NCBI RefSeq assembly: GCF_002854065.1
Contig: NZ_CP024147.1
Direction: 5' to 3' (one strand)
Source of the DNA: Escherichia coli
GTDB lineage: Bacteria; Pseudomonadota; Gammaproteobacteria; Enterobacterales; Enterobacteriaceae
DNA length: 64,000 nt
Position 1 is the first letter of the stretch, and each line of letters begins with the position of its first letter. Under the pieces are notes generated by a model, which made no database searches, was not told the origin of the DNA, and was given only the letters and a program-made list of their open reading frames with translations. The position numbers and the translations under genes were made by a program. Positions 27,041-44,109 of the stretch are shown piece by piece.

Positions 27041-27610
27041 TTATGCGCCCTGCCAGCGGGCAAAGAGATCTTCAGGAAGGGTTATTGCAAACTGGTCAAG
27101 AACACGATTAACCGTCTGATTTATCACATCATCAAGGGATTGCGGGCGATGATAAAACGCCGGAACGGGAGGCATAATCACCGCACCGATTTCTGCTGCC
27201 TGAGTCATTAAACGCAGATGACCTAAGTGCAATGGTGTTTCACGCACGCAGAGCACCAACGGGCGACGCTCTTTCAGCACCACATCTGCCGCACGGGTCA
27301 GTAAGCCATCAGTATAGCTATGGACAATGCCGGACAGGGTTTTGATTGAACAGGGTAAAATCACCATCCCCAGTGTCTGGAAAGAACCGGAAGAGATGCT
27401 GGCGGCAATATCGCGCGCATCATGCGTGACATCAGCTAATGCCTGCACTTCGCGCAGGGAAAAATCCGTTTCGAGGGATAAGGTCTGGCGCGCCGCCTGG
27501 CTCATCACCAGATGCGTTTCGATATCTGTGACATCGCGCAGAACCTGTAATAAACGCACGCCATAAATCGCGCCGCTGGCACCGCTGATGCCTACAATGA
27601 GTCGTTTCAT
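27041..27610 (-). CDS. ubiX: flavin prenyltransferase UbiX
   Basis: 189-aa product recognised as UbiX. Confidence 0.93.
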   Translation of the reverse strand: MKRLIVGISGASGAIYGVRLLQVLRDVTDIETHLVMSQAARQTLSLETDFSLREVQALADVTHDARDIAASISSGSFQTLGMVILPCSIKTLSGIVHSYTDGLLTRAADVVLKERRPLVLCVRETPLHLGHLRLMTQAAEIGAVIMPPVPAFYHRPQSLDDVINQTVNRVLDQFAITLPEDLFARWQGA

Positions 27611-27704
27611 AAATAGTTGCCCTGTCAGACTTGCAGGCAGACTTTGCAGGATTTCGGCGGGAGTTGCAAGTCAGGGTGCCAGACCGGCACCCTGAGCGAA
27701 GGCA

Positions 27705-29222
27705 TCATCCTTCGTTATGCATTTCGAGATTTTCCACTTCGTTCTGACGTTGCACTGCTTTGGCGTCGTCATTACGTAAAGTATCGAGGAAATCGAGGTA
27801 GCCCTGATCAACATCTTTGGTGACGTAGACGCCGTTGAACACCGAGCATTCAAACTGCTGGATATCCGGATTTTCAGCGCGAACGGCGTCGATCAGATCG
27901 TTCAGATCCTGGAAAATCAACCCGTCAGCACCGATGATCTGGCGAATTTCATCTACTTCGCGACCGTGGGCGATAAGCTCCGTGGCGCTCGGCATATCAA
28001 TACCGTAAACGTTCGGGAAGCGAATTTCCGGTGCCGCAGAAGCGAGGTACACTTTCTTCGCTCCGGCTTCGCGTGCCATCTCGATAATCTGCTCAGAAGT
28101 GGTGCCACGGACGATGGAGTCGTCGACCAGCAGGACGTTTTTATCGCGGAACTCGGCGCGGTTGGCATTCAGTTTACGGCGCACGGACTTACGACGCAGC
28201 TGCTGGCCCGGCATGATGAAGGTGCGGCCAACATAGCGGTTTTTAACGAAGCCCTGGCGGTACGGTTTGCCCAGAATACGCGCAATTTCCAGCGCGATAT
28301 CACACGAGGTTTCCGGAATCGGGATCACTACGTCGATATCCAGATCTTCCCATTCGCGGGCAATTTTCTCGCCCAGTTTCGTGCCCATATTCACACGCGC
28401 GCTGTAAACGGAAATTTTGTCGATGAACGAGTCCGGGCGAGCAAAGTATACATACTCAAACAGGCACGGATTGCTGACCGGATTGTCAGCACATTGACGG
28501 GTAAACAACTGCCCTTCTTCAGTGATGTAAATCGCTTCGCCCGGCGCGACGTCACGCAGGAAATCAAAGCCCAGCGTATCGAGCGCTACGCTTTCGGAAG
28601 CGACCATATATTCTGTGCGGTTCTCGTCAATATCACGTTTTCCCAGTACCAGCGGACGAATACCGTTTGGATCGCGGAAAGCAACCATACCGTGGCCGAT
28701 AATCATCGCCACACAGGCATACGCGCCGCGGATTAAGCGGTTTGTAGCAGCGATGGCGGCGAAAATGTTGTCGGCTTCCAGCGGGTAGTGGCGGAAGTTG
28801 TCCAGCTCGCTGGCGAAGATATTAAGCAGAATTTCCGAGTCGGAAGTGGTGTTGATGTGGCGGCGTTTTTCTTCAAACAGTTTTTTACGCAACTCGTGAG
28901 CGTTGGTCAGATTGCCGTTGTGGGCAAGCGTAATGCCATACGGGGAGTTAACGTAAAACGGCTGCGCTTCAGAGGCGCTGGAGCTGCCAGCCGTGGGGTA
29001 ACGCACATGACCAATGCCCATATTGCCCTGCAAACGCTGCATATGGCGAGCTTCAAATACATCGCTCACCAGCCCGTTCGCTTTACGCAAACGGAAGCAG
29101 TTATTGGCATCTATGGTGATGATGCCGGCGGCATCCTGACCGCGATGCTGAAGCACCGTTAAGGCATCATAAATCGACTGGTTAACCGGCATAACACCGG
29201 CGATACCGACAATACCGCACAT
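27705..29222 (-). CDS. purF: amidophosphoribosyltransferase
   Basis: 505-aa product starting MCGIVGI (N-terminal nucleophile Cys); recognised as PurF. Confidence 0.95.
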
Positions 29223-29258
29223 ACGTCTTTTTCCTCGTTAAGCCACATCTCAGAGCAC

Positions 29259-29747
29259 TTACGCTCTGGGCAAGAAACTTGACGAGCTTTGCAGATAATC
29301 AAAAAACCATCTGATGATAAAACTGAACTGCGGGATCAGCTGTGATTTGCTCCAGTCTTCGCTTTTCGACACCCCGGTAAAGGAGTCGAGAAAGAAGAGA
29401 ATGGCAGCAACAATCAACACACCGCGCAACGCACCGAAACAGACGCCCAGCACCCGATCGGTGCCTGACAACCCCGTTTTCTCCACCAGCTGGCCTATCA
29501 CGAAGTTCACGATAGCACCAACGATCAGGGTAGCGATAAACAGTACCGCGATGGCAATCCCATTTCGAACCAGTTCGTCTTCAAAGCCCGTAAACCAGAC
29601 TGACAGGTAAGTGTAGTAATGACTGGCAACAAAGAAAGCACAACCCCATGTCACCAGCGATAACGCTTCACGAACAAAGCCGCGGATCAGGCTAACCAGA
29701 GAGGAAAAAGCAATCACCGCGATTATGGCGTAATCAATCCAGACCAT
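29259..29747 (-). CDS. cvpA: colicin V production membrane protein CvpA
   Basis: 162-aa membrane product recognised as CvpA; first gene of cvpA-purF-ubiX operon. Confidence 0.92.
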   Translation of the reverse strand: MVWIDYAIIAVIAFSSLVSLIRGFVREALSLVTWGCAFFVASHYYTYLSVWFTGFEDELVRNGIAIAVLFIATLIVGAIVNFVIGQLVEKTGLSGTDRVLGVCFGALRGVLIVAAILFFLDSFTGVSKSEDWSKSQLIPQFSFIIRWFFDYLQSSSSFLPRA

Positions 29748-29803
29748 ATGTGTCCCACGATTTTACGCCCTGTCATCCTGTTCGGGGCGCATTCTAACAG
29801 AAA

Positions 29804-29820
29804 AAGAAAACGTTTGCGTA
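29804..29820 (-). promoter_or_regulatory. PurR operator (PUR box) of the cvpA-purF operon
   Basis: Sequence AAGAAAACGTTTGCGTA (gene strand TACGCAAACGTTTTCTT) matches the palindromic PurR box, about 60 bp upstream of cvpA. Confidence 0.75.
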
Positions 29821-29913
29821 GGGATTTCCTTCCCGCGCATCAATAAAAATGGCGCTGAAAAAATATTCAACGCCATCGACTTTTTATGCCTTTGCGGCAT
29901 CGGACAATGCGTG

Positions 29914-30362
<449 letters not shown>

Positions 30363-30369
30363 GACCGTA

Positions 30370-31032
30370 TTAATTCGGCGTATAGCCCATTACCACGCCA
30401 CTTAAGCCAGAAAGTTGCTTCAACTCACCCAGCGAACCTTTCAGCTTATCTTTCGAGGCATCCGGCCCAACCAGAATACGGGTAATTTTACCCTGCACTG
30501 GCGTGGATGGCGACGTATAAACCCGATAACCGGCACCGCGCAGCTTACCGACAATTTCATTCACTTTATCGGCATTTTTCAGCGCACCCAGTTGCACAAC
30601 ATAGGCTTTACCCGTCGGTGCAGCTTTTTCTTCCACGACCGGCTTCGGTTCTGGCTTCGGCGCAGGTGGTGCTTCAACCTTTGGTTTAGGCGGCTCCACC
30701 GGTTTCGGCTTCGGTGGGGCGACCGGTGCAGGTTCCGGTTCAAACTCGGTGTTATTGGCTGCAATAGTGGCCGGATCGAGCGACGGTGCTGCGGCATCAC
30801 CTGCCCGCACCTCTTCCGCTGCGCCTTCCGGCGGCTGCGTCGGCAACGCCTGGGTGGCGGCTGGCATCATATCAGGCTCATCGCGATCGCCCGCTTTTGG
30901 AACCAGCGGGATAGCCGCAAACTCATCCTGATAATGTTTTTTCTGCCCGTCCAGCAGCCCTGGAAGTACAATCACCCCCAGCGCCACCAGCACGATCGTG
31001 CCCACTAACCGATTCTGAAACTTACTTGCCAC
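30370..31032 (-). CDS. dedD: cell division protein DedD (SPOR domain)
   Basis: ORF-track ORF runs to 31050 (226 aa); the 220-aa form starting MASKFQNRL is what I recall; Pro/Ala-rich linker plus C-terminal SPOR. Confidence 0.88.
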   Translation of the reverse strand: MASKFQNRLVGTIVLVALGVIVLPGLLDGQKKHYQDEFAAIPLVPKAGDRDEPDMMPAATQALPTQPPEGAAEEVRAGDAAAPSLDPATIAANNTEFEPEPAPVAPPKPKPVEPPKPKVEAPPAPKPEPKPVVEEKAAPTGKAYVVQLGALKNADKVNEIVGKLRGAGYRVYTSPSTPVQGKITRILVGPDASKDKLKGSLGELKQLSGLSGVVMGYTPN

Positions 31033-32290
31033 CGCTTCTCCTCGCGTCAATCACTTCCATGACATGTGCGACCGTGTGAAAAGAACCACACACCAGCACG
31101 GTGTCTTCCGCTTTAGCGTCCGCCATTGCGGCATCCCATGCCTGCGCAACGCTATCAAATGATTTGCCGTTACCCAAATGCTCAAGCAGTTGTTCTGCCG
31201 TGGCACCGCGCGGCCCTTCCAGTGGCGCACAATACCAGTCATCAACCACGCTTTTCAACCAGGCCAGAGTTCCGGCAATATCTTTATCATGTAGCATACC
31301 GATAACCGCCAGCACGCGCCCGTTTTTCGGTAGCGCTTTCATACGCCCGGTGAGATATTCCGCCGCATGTGGATTATGCGCGACATCAAAAATAACGCGT
31401 GGTGACTCGCTCACAATCTGGAAACGTCCCGGCAAAATTGCGCTGGCAATCCCGTCGCGAATGGCATTTTCACTGACCTCCAGCCCGCTGGCACGCAGTG
31501 CCGCCAGCGCCGTTGCGGCATTCGGTTGCGGGACAAGCGGCAACGGCAGGTTTTCCAGCGTGCCGTGAGCATCGCTAAACGCCCAGTCATGATCGGTGAC
31601 GGAATAGTTCCACTCAACGCCCCGACGTTGTAACAGTGCACCTTTTTCCTGCGCCACATCAGCAATGGTAGAAGGCATTTCCGGCTCACCGACAATTGCC
31701 GGTTTTTCGCTGCGGAAGATGCCTGCTTTCTCGCGACCAATACTTTCGCGATCTGGCCCCAGCCAGTCGGTATGATCCAGCGCAATACTGGTTACTACCG
31801 CGACATCGGCGTCGACAATATTGGTTGCGTCCAGACGACCGCCCAGCCCTACTTCCAGAATCACCACGTCAAGTTGTGCCTGTTTGAACAGCCACAACGC
31901 CGACAGCGTACCGTACTCGAAATAGGTCAGGGAAATATCACCGCGTGCCGATTCAATCTCCGCAAAAGAGGCGGTGTGGGCCGATTCCGGCAATTCCTGA
32001 CCCTGCACACGTACGCGCTCGGTATAACGCACCAGATGAGGCGAACTGTAGACGCCCACTTTGTACCCTGCCGCCATCAGAATCGACTCCAGCGTACGGC
32101 ATGTGGTGCCTTTGCCATTCGTACCCGCAACGGTAAACACAAATGGCGCTGGTTTCAGAACGCCAAGACGCGCCGCGACCTGGCTCACGCGCTCAAGGCC
32201 GAGATCGATAGTTTTACTGTGCAGGTTTTCCAGATAAGAAAGCCACGAAGCCAGAGGCGACGCGGCTTGAGGAGTGCGTTTGATAATCAT
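31022..32290 (-). CDS. folC: dihydrofolate synthase / folylpolyglutamate synthase
   Basis: 422-aa product recognised as FolC; 3' end overlaps dedD start. Confidence 0.93.
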   Translation of the reverse strand: MIIKRTPQAASPLASWLSYLENLHSKTIDLGLERVSQVAARLGVLKPAPFVFTVAGTNGKGTTCRTLESILMAAGYKVGVYSSPHLVRYTERVRVQGQELPESAHTASFAEIESARGDISLTYFEYGTLSALWLFKQAQLDVVILEVGLGGRLDATNIVDADVAVVTSIALDHTDWLGPDRESIGREKAGIFRSEKPAIVGEPEMPSTIADVAQEKGALLQRRGVEWNYSVTDHDWAFSDAHGTLENLPLPLVPQPNAATALAALRASGLEVSENAIRDGIASAILPGRFQIVSESPRVIFDVAHNPHAAEYLTGRMKALPKNGRVLAVIGMLHDKDIAGTLAWLKSVVDDWYCAPLEGPRGATAEQLLEHLGNGKSFDSVAQAWDAAMADAKAEDTVLVCGSFHTVAHVMEVIDARRSGGK

Positions 32291-32359
32291 GGTATCCGCT
32301 GATTCGTTACGGTGAGAATAGCAAAAGGGCAGAGCCAGTGGCCCTGCCCTTATCAGTTA

Positions 32360-33274
32360 TCAGGCCTCAGGTTCCTGATCCGGTACCGGGGGTACCACTA
32401 CGCCTTCACGCGGCGCTTCAGGATTCGGCGCTGGCAGATTCATCAACTTCGCCAGAATGCTCGCCAGTTTCAGGCGCATTTCCGGACGACGGACGATCAT
32501 GTCGATCGCGCCTTTCTCGATCAGGAATTCACTGCGCTGGAATCCTGGCGGCAGTTTTTCGCGAACGGTCTGTTCGATAACACGCGGACCGGCAAAGCCG
32601 ATTAACGCTTTCGGTTCAGCGATGTTGAGATCGCCCAGCATGGCGAAACTTGCAGAAACACCGCCCATCGTCGGGTCGGTCAGCACGGAGATGTACGGCA
32701 AGCCGCGCTCCTGCATTTTTGCCAGTGCCGCAGAAGTTTTCGCCATCTGCATCAGCGACATCAGTGCTTCCTGCATACGTGCGCCACCAGAGGCGGAGAA
32801 GCAGATCAGCGGGCAGTTATCTTCCAGCGCCTGCTCAACGGCACGCACGAAACGTGCACCCACAACAGACCCCATTGAACCGCCCATAAAGGCGAACTCG
32901 AATGCCGCAGCGACAACCGGCATTCCATACAGAGTGCCTTTCATCACCACCAGCGCATCTTTTTCGCCGGTTTCTTTCTGCGCAGATGCCAGACGGTCTT
33001 TATACTTCTTGGAGTCACGAAACTTCAGCACATCTTTCGGCTCAAGCTCGCTACCCAGCTCCACAAGGCTTCCTTCATCTAACAGGCTATGCAGGCGATT
33101 ACGCGCTGTCATACGCATGTGATGGTCACACTTCGGACAGACCTCAAGATTACGTTCCAGCTCAGCGCGGTATAAAACCTGACCGCAGCTATCACACTTA
33201 GTCCACACCCCTTCAGGAATGCTCGCCTTGCGGGTGGGAGTAATGTTGCTTTTAATTCGTTCAATCCAGCTCAT
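32360..33274 (-). CDS. accD: acetyl-CoA carboxylase carboxyltransferase beta subunit
   Basis: ORF-track ORF runs to 33358 (332 aa); the 304-aa form starting [10 protein letters not shown] with Zn-ribbon CxxC...CxxC is what I recall. Confidence 0.92.
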
Positions 33275-33429
33275 TAGGGACCTTTCTGTCTGAACCTGGT
33301 TCGATGCCAGTTTTATCTTTGGGGACGCATAATGCCATTTTTGCCCCCAACAGACCATGAATGTTGCACATTAAAACATAACAGCCCGAAACTTTGGATA
33401 AAAAAGTGGTCGAACCGCGGAGTTACTTT

Positions 33430-34089
33430 TTATTTTGCGGCGCGTGCCGCAGCGCGTTTGTGACGGATTATTTCGATGACGCCCGGCAAAATAGAAACCA
33501 CAATAATCCCGACGATCAGCAGCTTAAGGTTATCCTGAACCATCGGGATTGTACCGAAGAAATAGCCTGCGTAGGTAAAAAGCAGTACCCACAACAGTGC
33601 GCCGATCACGTTATAAGCGGCGAAATGACGGTACGACATGTGGCCCATTCCCGCAACAAACGGGGCGAACGTTCTGACGATCGGCACAAAACGGGCGAGA
33701 ATAATCGTTTTGCCGCCATGTTTCTCATAAAACTGATGGGTTTTGTCGAGATAACTGCGACGGAAAATTTTCGAATTGGGATTACTGAATAACTTTTCAC
33801 CGAACAACCGCCCGATAGTGTAATTGACCGCGTCACCCACAATCGCGGCGATCAGCATCAGCACCACCATCATATGGACGTTGAGATCGTTGGTTTCCAG
33901 TGATGCCAACGCTCCGGCAACAAACAGCAATGAATCACCCGGTAAAAACGGCGTTACCACCAGACCGGTTTCACAGAACAAAATTAAGAACAAAATGGCA
34001 TAAACCCAGACGCCGTACTCCGCGACCAGCTCTGCCAGATGCACGTCAATGTGCAGGATAAAATCGATGAGGAAATAAATCAGGTCCAT
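33430..34089 (-). CDS. dedA: DedA-family inner membrane protein
   Basis: 219-aa membrane product recognised as DedA. Confidence 0.9.
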   Translation of the reverse strand: MDLIYFLIDFILHIDVHLAELVAEYGVWVYAILFLILFCETGLVVTPFLPGDSLLFVAGALASLETNDLNVHMMVVLMLIAAIVGDAVNYTIGRLFGEKLFSNPNSKIFRRSYLDKTHQFYEKHGGKTIILARFVPIVRTFAPFVAGMGHMSYRHFAAYNVIGALLWVLLFTYAGYFFGTIPMVQDNLKLLIVGIIVVSILPGVIEIIRHKRAAARAAK

Positions 34090-34171
34090 ATTTGCCTATG
34101 CCTTGTACTCGTCATCTTTCAGGCTGTAACTACGTTGGCTACAGCCTGAAATGTTCCGAGCATTATTCTCG

Positions 34172-34984
34172 TTAGTCCGCCAGAAATAGCGGGCCCATTG
34201 GCGGTTTTGGAAGATCATACCGGTCAGGGTAATCCACCGCGACCAGATACAGCCCTTCCGCTTTTGCCGTTGCTGCCGCCAGCGTTCTGTCCTTTGCCGC
34301 CAGCAACTCTGCTATCCAGCTCTCCGGCTGGTTGTGGGCACCGACTTCCATCAGGCTGCCGACAATATTCCTGACCATATGATGTACAAAGGCATTCGCT
34401 TTGATATCAACCACCACATAAGGACCGTGACGCGTGACATTAATATGCATAACGTTGCGCCACGGGGTTCGGGACTGGCACTGCACCGCACGGAACGAGG
34501 TGAAATCATTCTCGCCCAGCAAGCACTGCGCAGCCCGATGCATCCGTTCAGCGTCCAGCGGTTCGTAAAAATGGGTTACCCCTTTACTCAGTACCGCCGG
34601 GCGCAGCCGATGATTGTAGATGATGTAGCGATAACGGCGAGCCGTGGCGCTAAATCGGGCATGAAAATCATCAGGTACAGCTTTAACCCAACGCACGGCG
34701 ATGTCACCAGGTAAATTCGCATTTACGCCCAACGTCCACGCAGCGTCTTTGCGCTGCGCGGTAGTTTCGAAATGCACAACCTGCCCGGTACCGTGTACCC
34801 CTGCGTCAGTACGCCCGGCGCAGAAGACGGTGATGGGTTCGTTCGCCACCTGGGAGAGCGCCTTTTCCAGCTTCTCCTGCACACTGCGGACTTCATTCTG
34901 CCGTTGCCAGCCGTAATACTTACTGCCGTCGTACTCAATGCCCAGCGCAATTTTATAAACTGGCGGTTGTTGCTGGTCGGACAT
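34172..34984 (-). CDS. truA: tRNA pseudouridine(38-40) synthase TruA
   Basis: 270-aa product recognised as TruA. Confidence 0.93.
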   Translation of the reverse strand: MSDQQQPPVYKIALGIEYDGSKYYGWQRQNEVRSVQEKLEKALSQVANEPITVFCAGRTDAGVHGTGQVVHFETTAQRKDAAWTLGVNANLPGDIAVRWVKAVPDDFHARFSATARRYRYIIYNHRLRPAVLSKGVTHFYEPLDAERMHRAAQCLLGENDFTSFRAVQCQSRTPWRNVMHINVTRHGPYVVVDIKANAFVHHMVRNIVGSLMEVGAHNQPESWIAELLAAKDRTLAAATAKAEGLYLVAVDYPDRYDLPKPPMGPLFLAD

Positions 34985-35997
34985 TAGTACAGATACTCCT
35001 GCACCAGTTTCTCGGCGATTTTTACTGCCATCAGCGCGCCGCCAAAGCGAACGTTATCGGCCACCGACCAGAACTGGACTTGCTCCGGCATACCGTAGTC
35101 ATTACGCACGCAGCCAACAGAAAGATGCGGCGTACCCGAAGCATCACCTACCTGAGTTGGGAATTCGTTCTCTTCAGAGAGCACAATATCTTCCCCTTGA
35201 ACAAACGCATCACGCGCTTCTTCTGCTGCCAGTGGACGCAGAGCTTCAAAGTTGACCATCTGGGCATGACCGTAGAATACCGGTGCCTGGACGACGCTTG
35301 CCGAAATCATCAGTCCTTCGTCCTGCAGGATTTTGCGTACTTCGTCAACGATACGACGTTCTTCACGCACGCTACCTTCGCTATCCGGCAGTAACGGCAG
35401 CATGTTGAACGCCAGCTGACGCCCGAAGAAATCTTCTTCGTCAATCGGAATGCCGTTGAGCAATTTCGCACTCTGCCCCGCTAACGCATCGACCGCTTTT
35501 TTGCCCTGGGCGGAGGCTGAAATCAGGCTGGTAACACTGATACGCGACAAACCGCCCTGATCGATTAACGGTTTCAGTGCCGCCAGCAGCTGGCTGGTCA
35601 GACTGTCTGGTACGGCGATGACATTCCGGTTGCGGTAATCGGTCAGTACAAACGGGTTTACTTCCGGCACCACCAGCGGTACGTCGGGTTCGAGAGCAAA
35701 CAATCCGCTGCTGTCGATCACCAGGCAACCTGAGTTGGTCGCTTCTTCAACCCAGGCAGCGGTAGCTTCTTTGCCTGCGACAAAAAATGCCAGCTGCGCC
35801 TGCGTCCAGTCGAATTCAGCAGCATCCTGCACGGTGATTGTCTTACCACCAAAGCGCAGTTGTTCGCCTGCGCTTTCGTTACGTGCCAGTGCATAAATTT
35901 CCCCAACCGGGAACTGACGTTCAGCCAGCGTTTCAAGCAGGGCTTCGCCCACAGCGCCAGTTGCGCCCAGGACGGCAATGTTCCAGCCTTCAGACAT
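34984..35997 (-). CDS. usg: USG-1 protein (aspartate-semialdehyde dehydrogenase homologue)
   Basis: 337-aa product recognised as Usg; stop overlaps truA start. Confidence 0.9.
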
Positions 35998-36062
35998 GGT
36001 GGTTTACTCCAGAAATAGCAAAGCTCCCTGCCAATGTTACAGCAGAGAGCATGAAGAAGAGA

Positions 36063-37199
36063 TTAACGTGCCGGATGATGAACGGCGTTAAAACCCAGTT
36101 TACACAGCAATGATGCCGCACTGGCGTCATCACAAATTACATACAGAGATGACCATTCACGGCGCTCAAGATAGTTTTTGCGCAGTTTATCGAACTCACC
36201 CGGTATCCCGGCGACTTTACGCAGCGGTGCGTCATCGCGGCGCACATCATACACCAAATGCACCAGCCTTTTCAGCGTCGGTTGATCGAGCGGGCCATGC
36301 AGCGTAATGCGACCAAACTCTGGCGCGGGTAGTAATGTATCCAGCGCAACGTGCTGTTCATGCCCAATAAACTTGCTATAGGCTTCAAACACTTGCGTAG
36401 TACCGCGTGCTTTACCTTCCAGGGTATAGCCTGCAATATGCGGCGTGCCGATATCCACTTTTGTCAGCAATTCCACATTAAGTTCCGGTTCGCCTTCCCA
36501 GACATCCAGCACTACGCTTAACTTCTGGCCTTCATTCAGGCAGGTCAGCAACGCAGTATTATCGACGACTGCGCCACGGCAGGCGTTAATCAGAATCGCT
36601 CCCGGCTTCAGGCTACGGATCAGTTTTTCATCCGCCAGATGCAGCGTTTTGTACGGCCCGTCTTTGAAGAGTGGCGTATGGAAAGTCAGAATATCCGCGC
36701 GCTGAACTAACTCATCCAGCGAGCGGAAATCACCCTCATCCCCACGGTCGGCGCGAGGCGGATCGCAAAGTAAGGTTTTAATCCCTAACGCATCCAGTCG
36801 TGCCTGTAAACGCCGACCAACGTTACCAACGCCCACGATCCCCACGGTACGCTCGTGCAGTGAAAATCCATCGCGTTCGGCAAGCATCAGCAGGGAGGAG
36901 AAAACATATTCCACCACCGCAATCGCATTACAGCCAGGTGCAGCGGAAAAACCAATTCCCGCCTGCTTTAACCATGCTTCATCGACATGGTCGGTCCCCG
37001 CAGTGGCAGTGCCAACAAATTTAATGGGTTTTCCTGCCAGCAAAGATTCATTCACTTTCGTGACCGAACGCACCATCAGCGCATCCGCGTCTGCCAGTTG
37101 AGCGACGGGGATTGGACGCCCGGGAACCGCGATCACCTCACCCAAACGGCTAAATAAGTCGCGGGCATAAGGCATATTTTCATCAACAAGGATTTTCAC
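36063..37199 (-). CDS. pdxB: erythronate-4-phosphate dehydrogenase
   Basis: 378-aa D-2-hydroxyacid dehydrogenase recognised as PdxB. Confidence 0.93.
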   Translation of the reverse strand: MKILVDENMPYARDLFSRLGEVIAVPGRPIPVAQLADADALMVRSVTKVNESLLAGKPIKFVGTATAGTDHVDEAWLKQAGIGFSAAPGCNAIAVVEYVFSSLLMLAERDGFSLHERTVGIVGVGNVGRRLQARLDALGIKTLLCDPPRADRGDEGDFRSLDELVQRADILTFHTPLFKDGPYKTLHLADEKLIRSLKPGAILINACRGAVVDNTALLTCLNEGQKLSVVLDVWEGEPELNVELLTKVDIGTPHIAGYTLEGKARGTTQVFEAYSKFIGHEQHVALDTLLPAPEFGRITLHGPLDQPTLKRLVHLVYDVRRDDAPLRKVAGIPGEFDKLRKNYLERREWSSLYVICDDASAASLLCKLGFNAVHHPAR

Positions 37200-37297
37200 G
37201 TTTGTGTTACCTGTATGAGACGAGAGTTAACCGGACAAGTGTGCCATAATCTCGCGGCCAGGCATACTTGCGAAGATTTCAGGTATAAGGATACGTA

Positions 37298-39471
<2,174 letters not shown>

Positions 39472-39654
39472 TTACTCCAGAATGCAGCGCAAGGCGAGGA
39501 GTATCCCCGTCTCATCTCTCTGGTTTCAGGGTTACGGTGCGTTGGCAGGAATTAACGCGTACGTCTTTTCAGAAGGAAATCGACAAAGCGGGAAGTTTGC
39601 CTGGTACAGGCGGCGATTGTCAATGATGTGAAAAAGGGAACCATCAGGTTCCCT

Positions 39655-39742
39655 TTGGCGTTAGTGCCGGAGGCCGCATTGGCGCGTAACGTCGGATGCG
39701 ACGCTGGCGCGTCTTATCCGACCTACTCCGGCCTACTGCGAA
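39655..39742. repeat. REP/BIME element between yfcJ and fabB
   Basis: REP-like motifs (cggatgcgacgctggcgcgtcttatccgacctac) in intergenic space directly 3' of fabB. Confidence 0.6.
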
Positions 39743-40963
39743 TTAATCTTTCAGCTTGCGCATTACCAGCGTGGCGTTGGTGCCGCCGAAGCCGAAGCTG
39801 TTAGACATAACAGTGGTCAGTTCGCGATCGGTCGTTTCGGTCACGATGTTCAGACCCGCAGCCTGCTCGTCCAGCTCTTCAATGTTGATGCTCGGGGCGA
39901 TAAAGCCGTGTTCCAGCATCAGCAGAGAGTAGATAGCTTCCTGTACGCCAGCAGCGCCCAGAGAGTGACCGGTCATGGCTTTGGTTGCAGAAATCGCCGG
40001 GCTCTTATCGCCGAACACTTCACGGATAGCTGCCAGCTCTTTCACGTCGCCAACCGGAGTCGAAGTACCGTGGGAGTTCAGGTAATCGATTGGGGTATCA
40101 ACGCCATGCATCGCCATCTTCATGCAGCGTACTGCGCCTTCGCCAGACGGAGCAACCATGTCTGCGCCATCAGACGTTGCGCCGTAGCCAACGATTTCAG
40201 CATAGATATGAGCACCACGCGCCAGCGCGTGTTCCAGCTCTTCAACCACCACCATACCGCCGCCGCCAGCGATAACGAAACCGTCACGGTGAGCATCGTA
40301 AGTACGGGAGGCTTTTTCCGGGGTGTCGTTGTATTTAGTAGACAGCGCACCCATTGCGTCGAATTCGCAAGCCATTTCCCAGCACAGCTCTTCGCCGCCG
40401 CCAGCAAACACGATGTCCTGTTTGCCCAGTTGGATCTGCTCTACTGCGTTACCGATACAGTGTGCGGAAGTCGCACACGCGGAGCTGATGGAGTAGTTAA
40501 CGCCATGAATTTTAAACGGGGTGGCGAGGCAGGCAGAAACGCCGGATGCCATCGCTTTGGTGACCACATATGGGCCAACCGCTTTCAGGCCGCGCGGACC
40601 GCGCATTGCGTCAGCGCCGAACACCTGGAAACGCGGGGAGCCGCCGCCGGAACCTGCAATCAGGCCAACGCGCGGATTATTCTGGTAAGCTTCCGGGGAG
40701 AGGCCCGCATCAGCGATTGCCTGCTCCATAGAAAGGAATGCATAAATGGATGCGTCGCTCATAAAGCGCACAACTTTGCGGTCAATGAGGCCAGTGGTAT
40801 CCAGTTTTACGTTGCCCCAGACGTGGCTACGCATGCCGGAATCCTTCAGCTCCTGAGAGAAAGTGATCCCTGAACGTCCTTCACGCAGAGATGCCAGGAC
40901 TTCCTGCTGGTTATTACCGATGCTGGAAACAATGCCCAGGCCAGTAATCACTGCACGTTTCAT
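39743..40963 (-). CDS. fabB: 3-oxoacyl-ACP synthase I
   Basis: 406-aa product recognised as FabB. Confidence 0.95.
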
Positions 40964-41055
40964 TCAATACCTCTGTAAGTCGCACATAGAGTAAGTTTCG
41001 AATGCACAATAGCGTACACTTGTACGCCGAACAAGTCCGATCAGCCAATTAATAG

Positions 41056-43128
<2,073 letters not shown>

Positions 43129-43139
43129 CCAGCTTTGGC

Positions 43140-43242
<103 letters not shown>

Positions 43243-43248
43243 CGCAAC

Positions 43249-43527
43249 TTACTGCTGTGACGCCTGCTGAAACAGGTTTTCCCACATATCGGTCACCAGC
43301 GCCTGGTCACGCGGCGACAATTCACCAGCACCAATGGCTTTTTCCAGACTCTGGCTAACGGTCGTATGCACCGCCTGAGCGGAGTGGTCATCACCACTTT
43401 CCAGTTCTGCGATGGCTAATGTCAGGTGGCCACGCAAATACCCACTGGCAAACAACTCATCATCACTGGCATGGTCAACCATACCGTCGATTAATGCCAG
43501 AATGCGTGATTCAAACTCCGCGATCAT
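43249..43527 (-). CDS. yfcL: uncharacterised protein YfcL
   Basis: 92-aa product recognised as YfcL; conserved position upstream of epmC. Confidence 0.8.
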
Positions 43528-43560
43528 CTTCTTTCCTCATTGTAAAACGTGGCGCTGGCT

Positions 43561-44109
43561 TCAGTTGAGCGCTTCCGGCCACGGGAACTGTTCCGCCGTA
43601 AGTTCCGGCGTGTGATAATAATTTTGTAGTGCTTTAATGAAACGTGCCGGGCGTTCCGGAATGCCATTTGTTAGATAATCCATCACCTGCGCATGTACTC
43701 GCCGTTGAAACACCACGCGGTCCGGTTCGAAGTCGCCTTCCAGATTGTCGCAACTGACGTTAAACGGATATCCAGCCGCCACGCAGAACAACCAGTCGAG
43801 CGCCTGCGGCTTCACTTCAACATCTTCAAACTGGCTTTGCGTTTGGGCATCGCGTCCGTCCGGGCAATACCAGTAGCCGAAATCAACCAGCTCACGGCGC
43901 GCTTTTCCGGCAATACACCAGTGCGAAATCTCATGAATTGCGCTGGCATAAAAGCCATGAGCAAAGACGATTCGGTTATACGGTACTTCCGCATCAGCAG
44001 GAAGATAGATCGGTTCGTCGTCGCCTTTAATCAGACGGGTATTAAAATCATCGGCAAAGCAGCTATTAAAAATTTCAATCAACTGCTCATAGTGGTGTGT
44101 ACTGTTCAT
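43561..44109 (-). CDS. epmC: elongation factor P hydroxylase EpmC (YfcM)
   Basis: 182-aa product recognised as YfcM/EpmC. Confidence 0.88.
   Translation of the reverse strand: MNSTHHYEQLIEIFNSCFADDFNTRLIKGDDEPIYLPADAEVPYNRIVFAHGFYASAIHEISHWCIAGKARRELVDFGYWYCPDGRDAQTQSQFEDVEVKPQALDWLFCVAAGYPFNVSCDNLEGDFEPDRVVFQRRVHAQVMDYLTNGIPERPARFIKALQNYYHTPELTAEQFPWPEALN

Noticed and set aside
39908-40873. 321-aa ORF antisense to fabB
   Set aside because: Inside fabB on the opposite strand; antisense artefact.
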